Source: Patescibacteria group bacterium (GTDB lineage Bacteria > Patescibacteriota > Microgenomatia > UBA10105 > UBA927). Taken from it: a DNA stretch of 61,736 nt. The stretch covers positions 1-61,736 of the forward strand of contig JAHJMO010000001.1 in NCBI GenBank assembly GCA_018821245.1, written 5' to 3'. The position numbers and the translations under genes are program-made. Below, in pieces: positions 40,252-49,935 of the stretch (position 1 is the first letter of the stretch; each line of letters starts with the position of its first letter). Under the pieces are notes generated by a model. The model saw only the letters and a program-made list of their open reading frames with translations, ran no database searches and was not told the origin of the DNA.

Positions 40252-40282
40252 GACAAATATGACCCATGAGACAAATATGACC
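40251..40282 (+). repeat. Direct repeat AGACAAATATGACC x2 (18-bp period)
   Basis: Copies at 40251 and 40269, each containing an in-frame ATG. Confidence 0.8.
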
Positions 40283-40498
40283 TATTCAAAATTCGTGAAG
40301 CGGTGGGAAGAGGTTGTGGATATTCCGCCGCAAACACTAGGTCCATTGACGCCGTACTACAAAAAAATTGTGCGCCGCCTGAAGGTTATGCCGTGGCCGG
40401 AATTGGTCTTCTGTTCTCTGGTGTTGGCAATCGGACTGTATTTGTTAATTGGATCCGCAATAACGTTCCTCGTCTCTTTGTTGCAAAAAGGTTTCTAG
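40259..40498 (+). CDS. Small single-pass membrane protein, possible anti-sigma factor
   Basis: Immediately after the ECF sigma gene; one C-terminal TM helix. Confidence 0.55.
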   Translation: MTHETNMTYSKFVKRWEEVVDIPPQTLGPLTPYYKKIVRRLKVMPWPELVFCSLVLAIGLYLLIGSAITFLVSLLQKGF

Positions 40499-40563
40499 TC
40501 TTCAGGCGCGGGTTTTAGGTTTTTTTTCCGACTATATAGTACGACGCTGTGTCGTGAGTCTTT

Positions 40564-41181
40564 ATGGTTGACAATTTTCTCGTTGCCATAGTATCTGTTG
40601 CACGAACTTCTGTTGGTCTTATTATGCGGCCGTACGAAACGTACCGCAGGCTTACCCAAAAAGCAAACCTGTGGGAAGCATTGTCCATTTGGGTGATTCT
40701 TGCCATATACTTTGCCGCCGTGTCGCTGGTAAAAACTGCCGCATTTCTTCCGTTTTACTTGAGCCGGCAGTTTATTGTGATTTTTTCGGCCTCTGTCGGA
40801 GGGTACCTCCTCGCAACGGTCCTTTTATGGGTGTCGGCCAGGATTCTTGGCGGAAAAGGAAGCCTGCGGCAGGTAGCGGTTGCATGGGCGTACACACTCA
40901 TCCCCACGCTTCTTTGGTTTTGGTTTGCAATGCTTCTCTGGCTTATTTTGCCGCCGCCAAGGACCACGAGCGTGCTTGGTATAGGGTTTAGCATCGTATT
41001 TATTGCGATAAGCACAGCCATTCTTTTTTGGAAGATCCTGCTCTCGTATCTGGTTTTGCGCTTCGGCATGCGCCTTGACTTGCTTCGGATTAGCATAGCG
41101 TTTGCAATTGTTATTCCCATCTTAACGTTTTACAGCGTTGTTATGTTTAGAATGGGGATTTTTAAAGTACCGTTTATCTGA
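40564..41181 (+). CDS. Yip1-domain membrane protein
   Basis: RPYETYRRL, ARILGGKGS and WAYTLIP segments; about 5 TM helices. Confidence 0.7.
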   Translation: MVDNFLVAIVSVARTSVGLIMRPYETYRRLTQKANLWEALSIWVILAIYFAAVSLVKTAAFLPFYLSRQFIVIFSASVGGYLLATVLLWVSARILGGKGSLRQVAVAWAYTLIPTLLWFWFAMLLWLILPPPRTTSVLGIGFSIVFIAISTAILFWKILLSYLVLRFGMRLDLLRISIAFAIVIPILTFYSVVMFRMGIFKVPFI

Positions 41182-41189
41182 AGATAAAT

Positions 41190-42326
41190 ATGAACATAAG
41201 GATGCACAAGACAGTAAAAAACAGACGAAACACCTTGGAAGCAGAGTTAAAAGTCGATCTATCAAATATCGGCGCCTTTACACTGGATGAAGAGGCGGCC
41301 TCGACGCGAAACTGCGAAAATATGATCGGCGTGTCTCAAATTCCGCTCGGAATCGCCGGCCCTTTGACTTTATCAACAATCAACAATCAAAAATCAACAA
41401 TATATTACATTCCCTTGGCCACGACCGAAGGAGCGCTTGTGGCGTCCGTCAATCGCGGCTGTAAGGCGATATGTCAGTCCGGCGGAGCATCGGTGGATAG
41501 TTACAGAGTCGGGGCGACCCGCGGGCCGGTATTTAAGGTTGCAAATTTAAAAGAGAGCAATATGCTCAACAGATTTTTGGTTGAACATTTTACTGATCTT
41601 CAAAAAGTAGCTAAAGCGACATCTCATCATTTAACGCTCACTAAGTATATGGACCGCGGGGTGGGCAGATACCGGTATGTACGCTTTATTTTTGACACAA
41701 AGGACGCTATGGGAATGAACATGGTAACTATCGCGACGGATGCAATCGTTTCCTACATCAAACAAAAAACAGGAATTTCTTGTCTTGCTTTATCCGGTAA
41801 CTATTGCGTGGACAAGAAACCTTCTTGGCTCAATGTTATTGAAGGGAGGGGCATTAAGGTATGGGCGGAGGTGACACTTCCTTCGTCAGTGCTTCGCTCT
41901 ATTCTTAAAACGACTGCCTCAAAAATGTATGATGTGTGGCTTGCCAAATGTATGATCGGGTCGGCCATGAGTGGCTCGATGGGATTTAACACACAGTATG
42001 CCAATGTGATTGCCGCACTCTTTATCGCGACCGGTCAGGATCCTGCGCATGTGGTCGAGGGCAGCTTGGGTATAACAACTACAGAAATGGTGAACAGAAA
42101 AGACCTTTATGTGAGCGTGTATCTTCCCGATCTCATGATCGGCACCGTGGGTGGAGGTACGGGTCTTGCAACGCAAAAAGAAGCGCTAAACATCCTTGGT
42201 GTAACAAAAAGTCAAAAGTTTGCAGAAATAGTCGCGGGAGTAGTGTTGGCAGGAGAAATTTCACTCCTTTCCTCGCTTGAGGAGGGCAGTTTAGCTCGTG
42301 CACACCAGAAATTTGCGTGGAAATAA
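41190..42326 (+). CDS. hmgA: HMG-CoA reductase, class I (archaeal/eukaryotic type)
   Basis: CENMIG, PLATTEGALVAS, DAMGMNM, GNYCVDKK, GTVGGGT and LARAH motifs. Confidence 0.95.
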   Translation: MNIRMHKTVKNRRNTLEAELKVDLSNIGAFTLDEEAASTRNCENMIGVSQIPLGIAGPLTLSTINNQKSTIYYIPLATTEGALVASVNRGCKAICQSGGASVDSYRVGATRGPVFKVANLKESNMLNRFLVEHFTDLQKVAKATSHHLTLTKYMDRGVGRYRYVRFIFDTKDAMGMNMVTIATDAIVSYIKQKTGISCLALSGNYCVDKKPSWLNVIEGRGIKVWAEVTLPSSVLRSILKTTASKMYDVWLAKCMIGSAMSGSMGFNTQYANVIAALFIATGQDPAHVVEGSLGITTTEMVNRKDLYVSVYLPDLMIGTVGGGTGLATQKEALNILGVTKSQKFAEIVAGVVLAGEISLLSSLEEGSLARAHQKFAWK

Positions 42327-42329
42327 AGT

Positions 42330-43373
42330 ATGGTTGGCATTGTCAGTTACGGTACATATATACCTCGATATCGCATAAAAATTGCCGATATCGCCGCAGC
42401 CTGGAAAAAGGACCCGGATGAGGTAATCAGGTCTCTTGGGGTTTTGGAAAAGTCTGTGCCGGGTGGAGATGAAGACACGGCCACGATAGCCATCGAAGCC
42501 GCTTCAAGCGCACTAGGCGCGTGCGCGGCGGACCCCAAGTCTATAGAATGTATATTTGTCGGATCAGAAAGTCATCCTTATGCCGTCAACCCCACGTCGA
42601 CAATCGTCGGAGAGCTTTTGGGAGTAGGTCATAACTATCTTGCGGCTGATCTGGAATTTGCCTGTAAGGCGGGAACTTCGGGAATGCAGGCAATTTCAGG
42701 GCTTATAGAAGCAGGACAAATTCGATATGGCATGGCAATAGGCGCCGACACTGCCCAAAGCAAGCCCCACGATGTGCTCGAATACACATCCGCCGCCGCC
42801 GGTGCGGCATTTTTGTTGGGGCGCAATAAACTTATCGCGAAGCTCGTGAGCTACACATCGTATTCTTCAGACACCCCCGATTTTTGGCGCAGGGACGGGA
42901 TACGCTATCCGTCGCATGCCGGGAGGTTTACCGGGGAGCCCGCGTATTTCGCCCACGTTGCGGCCGCAGCGCGCCGGCTCATGGAAAAAGCCCATTGCAG
43001 GCCGGAGGATATTGATTGGTGCGTATTCCATATGCCCAACGGCAAATTTCCAAGGGCTGTTGCAAAAAGGCTCGGATTTTCCCACAATCAGCTTGCGCCG
43101 TCTCTTATCGTTGACACCATCGGCAATCCATATTCTGCCTCCACCATGTTGGGGCTTGCGGCGGTTTTGGATATCGCCAAACCGGGCGAAAAGATATTTA
43201 TGGTTTCATACGGATCCGGCGCCGGCAGTGACGCCTTTTTGTGGGAAACGACAGAAGAAGTCGTCAGCTATCAGCGATCAGCAGTCAGACAAAAAAAGAC
43301 GGTTAAAGATCAGATCGAGAGAAAAACCTATATTGACTATGTGCAGTATCTGAAGCAGACACACAAGATTTAA
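42330..43373 (+). CDS. HMG-CoA synthase, archaeal type
   Basis: GSESHPYAV, DLEFACKAGT, RFTGEPAYF, HMPNGKFP and SYGSGAGSD motifs. Confidence 0.93.
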   Translation: MVGIVSYGTYIPRYRIKIADIAAAWKKDPDEVIRSLGVLEKSVPGGDEDTATIAIEAASSALGACAADPKSIECIFVGSESHPYAVNPTSTIVGELLGVGHNYLAADLEFACKAGTSGMQAISGLIEAGQIRYGMAIGADTAQSKPHDVLEYTSAAAGAAFLLGRNKLIAKLVSYTSYSSDTPDFWRRDGIRYPSHAGRFTGEPAYFAHVAAAARRLMEKAHCRPEDIDWCVFHMPNGKFPRAVAKRLGFSHNQLAPSLIVDTIGNPYSASTMLGLAAVLDIAKPGEKIFMVSYGSGAGSDAFLWETTEEVVSYQRSAVRQKKTVKDQIERKTYIDYVQYLKQTHKI

Positions 43374-43393
43374 CAGCAATTGGTATCAAATCT

Positions 43394-44551
43394 ATGAGCG
43401 TAGCGATTATCGGTGTTTCAACTACAAAATTCGGTGAACTTTGGGGAACTTCTCCCCGTGCGCTCGCGCGCGAAGCGGTATTCGGCGCCATGAAAGACGC
43501 AAGAATAGCACCGAAGGAAATACAGGCACTATTCGTCGGCAATATGCTCTCCGGTATCTTAGGCGGGCAGGAGCACCTGGGTGCATTTTTCAGCGAAGAG
43601 CTGGGCTTGCGTGTTCCCGCTTTTCGGATAGAAGGAGCGTGTGCTTCCGGAGGGTTGGCGCTTCATAGCGCTGTTGGGAGTATATTGTCCGGTCAGCACG
43701 AAACAGTCGTTGTTCTTGGAATAGAGAAAATGACTGACCACAAACCCGAGGACGTTGCCGCGGCGCTTATGGCCGCCGGAAGTCAGGAGGAGCGTTCTTC
43801 CGGCGCAACATTCCCCGGCTTGTATGCCTTCCTTGCGCGTGCACACATGGAAGCCTTCGGGACGACCGTACAGGATCTTGCAGTGGTTGCCGTCAAGAAC
43901 CATTTTCACGCAAGCCTCAACACAAACGCCCAATTTCGCAACACGATCACGAAAGAACAGGTTTTGGCAAGCAGCAAGATCGCCGATCCCTTGAGGCTTT
44001 TGGACTGTTCACCGGTTTCTGATGGAGCAGCCGCGTTGATTATAACAAGCAACAGGAGGCAGGCAACAGGCAACAGGAGGTCTGTAACAATTGCTGCGTC
44101 TGCCGTGGCGACGGATACATTAGGATTGGCGCAGCGCGAAAGCCTATTAGAACTGAAAGCAACGAAGAAATCCTCAAAAGAAGCGTATAGGCAGGCGGGT
44201 GTTGATCCGGGCGATATCGATGTAGCAGAGGTGCACGACTGCTTTACCATAGCAGAGATATTAGCGATAGAAGATTTGGGATTTGCGGGGAAAGGGAAAG
44301 CGGCCGCAGAACTTGAGCGCGGAGAATATACGCTGAATAAGGCAAAAAAGCTGGTCGTCAATCCGTCCGGAGGATTAAAGGGGTGCGGTCACCCCGTGGG
44401 CGCGACCGGAGTCAAGCAGGTTGTGGAGCTTGTCGAGCAGCTGCGAATGGATGCGGGAGACAGGCAGGTGATTGGCGTCCGTGTTGGTTTAGCACACAAC
44501 GTAGGAGGCAGCGGAGCAACGGCGGTAGTACACATTTTAAAGAGAGCTTAG
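43394..44551 (+). CDS. Acetyl-CoA acetyltransferase (archaeal-type thiolase)
   Basis: EGACASGG, EVHDCFT, GHPVGATG and HNVGG motifs. Confidence 0.93.
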   Translation: MSVAIIGVSTTKFGELWGTSPRALAREAVFGAMKDARIAPKEIQALFVGNMLSGILGGQEHLGAFFSEELGLRVPAFRIEGACASGGLALHSAVGSILSGQHETVVVLGIEKMTDHKPEDVAAALMAAGSQEERSSGATFPGLYAFLARAHMEAFGTTVQDLAVVAVKNHFHASLNTNAQFRNTITKEQVLASSKIADPLRLLDCSPVSDGAAALIITSNRRQATGNRRSVTIAASAVATDTLGLAQRESLLELKATKKSSKEAYRQAGVDPGDIDVAEVHDCFTIAEILAIEDLGFAGKGKAAAELERGEYTLNKAKKLVVNPSGGLKGCGHPVGATGVKQVVELVEQLRMDAGDRQVIGVRVGLAHNVGGSGATAVVHILKRA

Positions 44552-44584
44552 CGGCTTAGTTATAAACTTCTAAGCTACTTATTT

Positions 44585-44884
44585 ATGTTAAGTCCTGTTA
44601 AAATTTGGCGAAATCAGAAGAAAATAGCAGGCCTGGCCGGTAAAACAGGGAGGATTATCTCCTGGACCATAGTGCGGGTGCCGCCAAACGGCTTTGCAGA
44701 TCAGGCGCCGTACCCGGTGGCTGTCGTTGAGCTTGATGGAGGCAAACGAATTATGGCGCAACTTGTAGACTGGGAAGATAGACACGTAGCATTTGGACAA
44801 AAAGTTGTGACAACCATACGGCGCATTACACAGCCCAATACTGAAGGTGTGATTCCGTATGGGATAAAGGTGAAACCGATATAA
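44585..44884 (+). CDS. DUF35 OB-fold scaffold protein lacking the Zn ribbon
   Basis: PNGF...PYPVAVVELD and IPYGIK; follows the thiolase gene; contains no Cys. Confidence 0.85.
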   Translation: MLSPVKIWRNQKKIAGLAGKTGRIISWTIVRVPPNGFADQAPYPVAVVELDGGKRIMAQLVDWEDRHVAFGQKVVTTIRRITQPNTEGVIPYGIKVKPI

Positions 44885-44887
44885 AAT

Positions 44888-45841
44888 ATGAACAAAATAA
44901 CCGTATCAGCTCCTGGAAAAGTAATACTTATGGGTGAACATGCCGTTGTTTACGGAAAACCGGCTCTGATTTCTGCCATCAACCTTCGGTTAACCGCAAA
45001 AGTTTCTGATAGCCTCAAACCAACAATTATTGCAGATGAGGGAGAGGAATACATTAACCACGTTCTTACTACCGTTTGTAAACATTTTAACCTCAAAAAC
45101 ATTCCATCTTTAAGAATTGAAATCTCTTCCGATATACCAGTTGGGTACCATTTGGGATCATCAGCTGCATTGGGAGCAGCATTGGTCGGCGCACTTTCAT
45201 ATCATTTGAAAAAAATTTGGAACCCTGTTCTTATCAACCAACTTACTTATGAATCAGAAAAATACATCCACATAAATTCGTCAGGAGTAGATCCTGCAGC
45301 AGTGGTTTCCGGTAGGCTTATTTGGTATCGTAAAGAATTAGATTTTTTACGAAGTATCTGGCAGTTTCCCTTCGGAATTCCGAAATTGCTAAATAATTTT
45401 TGTTTTATTGATACCGGAAGACCAGTAGAGTCAACCGGGGAAATGGTGGTGTTTGTAAGTAAAAAGTTAAAAGTTAAAAGTGAAAAGTTAAAAATTGAAA
45501 AACTTTTTGATGAGAATGAACGGCAAACAAGGAGCATAGCAGTAGCGATAAAAGAAGAGAACGAAAAGCATTTTATTAATGCGATTCGAATCGGTGAAAG
45601 AACACTTGAAGATATGGGTGTGGTGAGCGCCAAAGTGATTCCGCTCATTCGCGAAATAGAAAAGATTGGAGGGGCAGCAAAGATTCTTGGCGGAGGAGGG
45701 AGAAAAGAGGGAGTGGGATTTTTACTTTGTTATCACCATAATCCGCAAAAAATAGCATTAATTAGTAAAGCATATAATTATTCCCTTCAGACTATTCATC
45801 TAGGCGAAGAAGGGGTGAGGCTGGAAAAACATGATAAATGA
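44888..45841 (+). CDS. mvk: Mevalonate kinase (GHMP)
   Basis: APGKVILMGEHAVVYG, PVGYHLGSSAA and SGVD motifs. Confidence 0.85.
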   Translation: MNKITVSAPGKVILMGEHAVVYGKPALISAINLRLTAKVSDSLKPTIIADEGEEYINHVLTTVCKHFNLKNIPSLRIEISSDIPVGYHLGSSAALGAALVGALSYHLKKIWNPVLINQLTYESEKYIHINSSGVDPAAVVSGRLIWYRKELDFLRSIWQFPFGIPKLLNNFCFIDTGRPVESTGEMVVFVSKKLKVKSEKLKIEKLFDENERQTRSIAVAIKEENEKHFINAIRIGERTLEDMGVVSAKVIPLIREIEKIGGAAKILGGGGRKEGVGFLLCYHHNPQKIALISKAYNYSLQTIHLGEEGVRLEKHDK

Positions 45842-46634
45842 AGCATCTGGTTTAACCGGCGGGTACAATAAGAGAGAGTTTGGAGCCGGGCCTAGAACGT
45901 ACGCAGATACAGTATTTTTGGATTTGATAAAACAATCAAGTGGTTTATTGACCGCGGACACACGGAATCTTTTGGTGGCAGATATAATGTCTGGCCCGGG
46001 TGGTGTAGGTTTGGCATTATTAAAAGAACATCCTCAACATTCATACTATTTTTTTGACTTAGCTCGTCGTCAGTTGGAGAAAATTAATAATCCAAATTCT
46101 TCTACAGTAAAAGTTCAGGCAGATGCGCGGTTAATTCCAGTTGCCGATAACATGTTTGACTTAGAGGTCGCCAGATATGCCGTTAAAGATCTTACAAAAG
46201 AAGATCAGCCGAAAGCGCTTTTAGAAATTTTTAGAACTTTAAAACCAGGCGGAAATTTTACCTTAGCTGACATGGTGGCACCGAGCGTAGAAACAAAATA
46301 TTGGCTTAATATGCAGCATGCAAAAAAGCAAGAATTTTCGGGGAGAGATCCCAGTAGAGAAGGCATTTGTCATATTCCTACTGAGGATGAGTGGATAGTT
46401 TTACTTCGTAATGTTGGTTTTGACGTGTCTGTTATCGGAAGACATGTAAGTTGTGTTACGACGAGTGATTGGGTAAAAGGAAAGCAGGTTACCGCAGGAC
46501 AACTTCAAGAGCTTAATACAATTATTCTTGAGGCCCCTGAGTCAATTAGAAGAACATTTAATATAAGAGAGGAAGATAGTCGAGTAAGAATTGATTATCC
46601 AATAATAGTCATTAAAGGAATTAAATCGATTTAA
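45831..46634 (+). CDS. Class I SAM-dependent methyltransferase
   Basis: Motif I DIMSGPGG, QADARLIP...FD and RTLKPGG. Confidence 0.85.
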   Translation: MINEASGLTGGYNKREFGAGPRTYADTVFLDLIKQSSGLLTADTRNLLVADIMSGPGGVGLALLKEHPQHSYYFFDLARRQLEKINNPNSSTVKVQADARLIPVADNMFDLEVARYAVKDLTKEDQPKALLEIFRTLKPGGNFTLADMVAPSVETKYWLNMQHAKKQEFSGRDPSREGICHIPTEDEWIVLLRNVGFDVSVIGRHVSCVTTSDWVKGKQVTAGQLQELNTIILEAPESIRRTFNIREEDSRVRIDYPIIVIKGIKSI

Positions 46635-46668
46635 TACAACGAGCCAAAAATTATAAATATAGAACGCT

Positions 46669-48147
46669 ATGATGAATAAGAAACTCACTGTTTCTGCACC
46701 GGGGAAGTTGATGCTTTTGGGTGAACACGCGGTGGTGTATGACCGGCCGTGTTTAGTGACGGCGGTTAGTCAAAGGATGCGGGTGATGACAGAACTAATT
46801 AATGAACCAACATTGCTTCTCGATGCTCCAGACGTAAATGTGGTTGGATACAAAAAATTACTGTCAGAGTTAGGTAAAGGCGAGATCCCTAAAGGCGCGC
46901 AGTTTGTGGAGATAGCCGTCAAAAATTTTCTGGACAAATATCCGTTTAAACAAGGAATTAACATTACTACTCAATCAGAATTTTCCTCACAATTTGGTTT
47001 TGGCTCTTCCTCGGCCTCAATTGTTTGTGTGCTGAAGGCTCTTTCTGAGGCAACAAACAGTAAGCTTACCAATGAGCAGTTGTTTGACTTAGCGTACAAG
47101 ACAGTTCTTGATATTCAAGGAAAAGGATCAGGTTTTGATGTGGCAGCCGCAATATTTGGAGGCACTCTCTATTTCACAACAGGTGGCAGAATTATAGAAC
47201 CGGTCAACACCGCAGATATACCCTTGATAGTGGGCTATACCGGGATAAAAGCAGATACAAAGACTATGATTTTTGAGATCGAAGAGAAAAAGAAAACATA
47301 CCCTGAAAAAATAAATAGAATTTATGATGCGATTGCCAAAATAACAGAAGAAGCCAGGCAAAAAATACTTGAAGGCGATTGGAAGCGAGTGGGGAAATTG
47401 ATGGACTTTAATCAGGAATATTTGCGTGATTTAGGAGTGAGCTCGGAAAAACTTGAGGCGTTGATTTCCGCAGCCAAAAGAGCAGACGCCTGGGGAGCTA
47501 AGCTCTCTGGTGCCGGAAGAGGCGACTGCATGATTGCCCTTGCGTCGTCGGAGAAGAGAAACGCGGTAAGTAATGCTATCAAAAAAGCAGGCGGTGAGGT
47601 TGTCCCTGTGACACCCAACGCGCCGGGAGTAAGAGTCGAAACCACGGATAATCAGGACGAAGTGTTCGTAGTGGTGGATCGGGACGACAATGTTCTCGGA
47701 TACAAAACACGCTGGGAGTGTCATCACGACCCTTCACTTATTCATCGGACTGTCGGCGCACTCATTTTTAACGACAAAGGCCAGCTTCTTCTGCAGAAAC
47801 GCAGTATGACGAAAGATATGGAAGCAGGACTATGGGGGATATCAGCCGCAGGACACGTAACCCGCGGCCAAACGGATGAGGAAGCGGTCCACCTGGAGCT
47901 TCAGGAAGAGTTGGGGGTAGATATGCCTCTCACGTTCTGGAAAAAATTTATATCGGAAGAGCCGGATGAAACAGAACGCGATGTGGCATACAAAGGCATG
48001 TCCAATGGTCCATTTCACCCGAACGCAGAAGAAGTCGCGGAAGTTCGTTTTTTTGAAATTTGCGAACTCAAACTCCACATTGCCAGCCGGCGCATACAAT
48101 TGACCGAAGGGGCAATAAAAACATTACAAGAGGTGAAAATTTTATGA
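46669..48147 (+). CDS. GHMP kinase (probably phosphomevalonate kinase) fused to an IDI1-like Nudix domain
   Basis: APGKLMLLGEH, GFGSSSA, GSGFDVAA and KLSGAGRGDC. C-terminal part: HRTV...LLLQKRS..K...GLW..SAAGHV and ELQEELG. Confidence 0.8.
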   Translation: MMNKKLTVSAPGKLMLLGEHAVVYDRPCLVTAVSQRMRVMTELINEPTLLLDAPDVNVVGYKKLLSELGKGEIPKGAQFVEIAVKNFLDKYPFKQGINITTQSEFSSQFGFGSSSASIVCVLKALSEATNSKLTNEQLFDLAYKTVLDIQGKGSGFDVAAAIFGGTLYFTTGGRIIEPVNTADIPLIVGYTGIKADTKTMIFEIEEKKKTYPEKINRIYDAIAKITEEARQKILEGDWKRVGKLMDFNQEYLRDLGVSSEKLEALISAAKRADAWGAKLSGAGRGDCMIALASSEKRNAVSNAIKKAGGEVVPVTPNAPGVRVETTDNQDEVFVVVDRDDNVLGYKTRWECHHDPSLIHRTVGALIFNDKGQLLLQKRSMTKDMEAGLWGISAAGHVTRGQTDEEAVHLELQEELGVDMPLTFWKKFISEEPDETERDVAYKGMSNGPFHPNAEEVAEVRFFEICELKLHIASRRIQLTEGAIKTLQEVKIL

Positions 48148-49157
48148 TGAAAGCAACAGCGGTAGCGCCGGCAAACATCGCGTTTATCAAATACTGGGGC
48201 CGCAGGGATGCCAAACTTCGCCTGCCGTATAATTCATCGATTTCGATGAACTTAAATGCCTGCATAACGACCACGACTGTTGAATTTTCACCATGTTACC
48301 ACGCGGATGAGTTTATGTTGCTGACTCAGAACAAATTCATTAAATCTTCGCTCGAGCTGAAATTTAATGAATTGGAAAAAGAACGTATTAGCGCGCATCT
48401 GGATCGCATCCGTGATTTGGCGAACATTAAAGACATGTCCAAGGTTGTTACAATTAATAATTTCCCCAAAAGCTCCGGGATTGCTTCTTCGGCTTCTGGT
48501 TTTGCTGCTTTGACGCTCGCGGCTACGGCGGCGGCCGGACTAGATTTATCCGAAAAAGACCTTTCGATTTTAGCCAGATTTGGTTCCGGCTCTGCCTGCC
48601 GGAGTGTTCCCGACGGATTTGTCGAGTGGTTGACTGGAGATTCATCAGAAACGTCTTTCGCTTATTCATTGTACAGAGCAAGTTATTGGGACTTACGTGA
48701 CGTTTTGGTTATAATAGGTAGTGAGCCCAAAAAAATTCCGACCAGCGCGGGCATGGACAATGTGACCACCAGCCCTCTTTGGCGGGTGAGATTACGCGCA
48801 CTGCCTCAAAGAATTTTGCGTATTAAAGAAGCCCTCAAGACGAAAAATTTTGTTCTCCTGGGCAGAATTATTGAGGAAGACTGTCTAGAGATGCACCGGG
48901 GCATGCAGACGCAAGATCCGCCGCTTTTTTACTGGAACGACAAAACCCGGAAAATTATGGAAGCGGTATACAATTGGAGAAAGGACGGATTAGCCGTATA
49001 CTTTACGATTGACGCAGGACCTAATGTGCATATTATCTGTGAAGGAAAAGACGAACAGAGAGTCACCGGTTTAGCAAAAACAATCAAAGGGGTAGAAGCG
49101 GTAATTAGCAACAAGCCCGCCCAGGGTACGCGCTTGACGAAAGAGCACTTGTTTTAA
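48144..49157 (+). CDS. mvaD: Diphosphomevalonate decarboxylase
   Basis: NIAFIKYWG, GIASSASG, GSGSACRS and TIDAGPNVH motifs. Confidence 0.95.
   Translation: MMKATAVAPANIAFIKYWGRRDAKLRLPYNSSISMNLNACITTTTVEFSPCYHADEFMLLTQNKFIKSSLELKFNELEKERISAHLDRIRDLANIKDMSKVVTINNFPKSSGIASSASGFAALTLAATAAAGLDLSEKDLSILARFGSGSACRSVPDGFVEWLTGDSSETSFAYSLYRASYWDLRDVLVIIGSEPKKIPTSAGMDNVTTSPLWRVRLRALPQRILRIKEALKTKNFVLLGRIIEEDCLEMHRGMQTQDPPLFYWNDKTRKIMEAVYNWRKDGLAVYFTIDAGPNVHIICEGKDEQRVTGLAKTIKGVEAVISNKPAQGTRLTKEHLF
48334..48373. repeat. Palindromic element inside mvaD
   Basis: Perfect 12-bp arms AATTCATTAAAT / ATTTAATGAATT around CTTCGCTCGAGCTGAA. Confidence 0.75.
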
Positions 49158-49222
49158 GCAGTTATTATATATTATATTAGTACGCTAATATATTATCGTG
49201 TTAACATGTTAATACATTGTCT

Positions 49223-49933
49223 ATGGTCATACAACAACAAATTCCTATACATATTGCCATCATCATGGACGGAAACCGCCGGTGGGCCCGCGAGCATGGA
49301 TTGCCGGTTCTTGCCGGGCACCAAAAAGTTGCCGATGAAATTCTAGAGCCGCTTGTAGCGCACGCGGCCAAGAGAGGAATTAAATATTTGACCTTTTGGG
49401 CATTTTCGACGGAGAACTGGTCGCGGGACAAGCGCGAAATAGAGGGTATTATACGCATTTTTCGCCACGTTATTCGTAAGCGCTGGCAACGGCTGCACGA
49501 GAAAGGTGTTCGTATTAAAGTCATCGGTGATATTTCTAAATTTGCGCCGGATATTCAAGAAGCGCTAGCTAAAGTAGTAAAACAAACTAAAAATAACACT
49601 AAAATTACAGCTGTCTTTGCACTTAATTACGGCGGACGAGACGAATTAATTAGAGCAATTAATAATCTACGAATCTACGAATCTACGAATCTACGAATAA
49701 AAACAGAAATTACGGAAAAAGAATTCGAAAAATATTTAGATACCAAGGACGTTCCCGATCCGGACATGATTGTTCGTACCAGCGGTGAGGAGAGGCTAAG
49801 CGGATTTTTGCCGTGGCAAAGCGTGTATAGCGAATTGTATTTCCCCGCTTGGTATATGCCCGAATTTACCACGGAGAAGCTGGACGAGGTGATTGAGGAG
49901 TATAGGAAGAGGAAGCGCCGCTTTGGACAGTGA
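49223..49933 (+). CDS. uppS: Undecaprenyl diphosphate synthase
   Basis: HIAIIMDGNRRWA, FSTENW, NYGGRDE and RTSGEERLSGF motifs. Confidence 0.96.
   Translation: MVIQQQIPIHIAIIMDGNRRWAREHGLPVLAGHQKVADEILEPLVAHAAKRGIKYLTFWAFSTENWSRDKREIEGIIRIFRHVIRKRWQRLHEKGVRIKVIGDISKFAPDIQEALAKVVKQTKNNTKITAVFALNYGGRDELIRAINNLRIYESTNLRIKTEITEKEFEKYLDTKDVPDPDMIVRTSGEERLSGFLPWQSVYSELYFPAWYMPEFTTEKLDEVIEEYRKRKRRFGQ
49664..49698 (+). repeat. Perfect octamer tandem repeat (AATCTACG)x4 inside uppS
   Basis: Read directly; encodes NLRIYESTNLRI. Confidence 0.9.
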
Positions 49934-49935
49934 CG

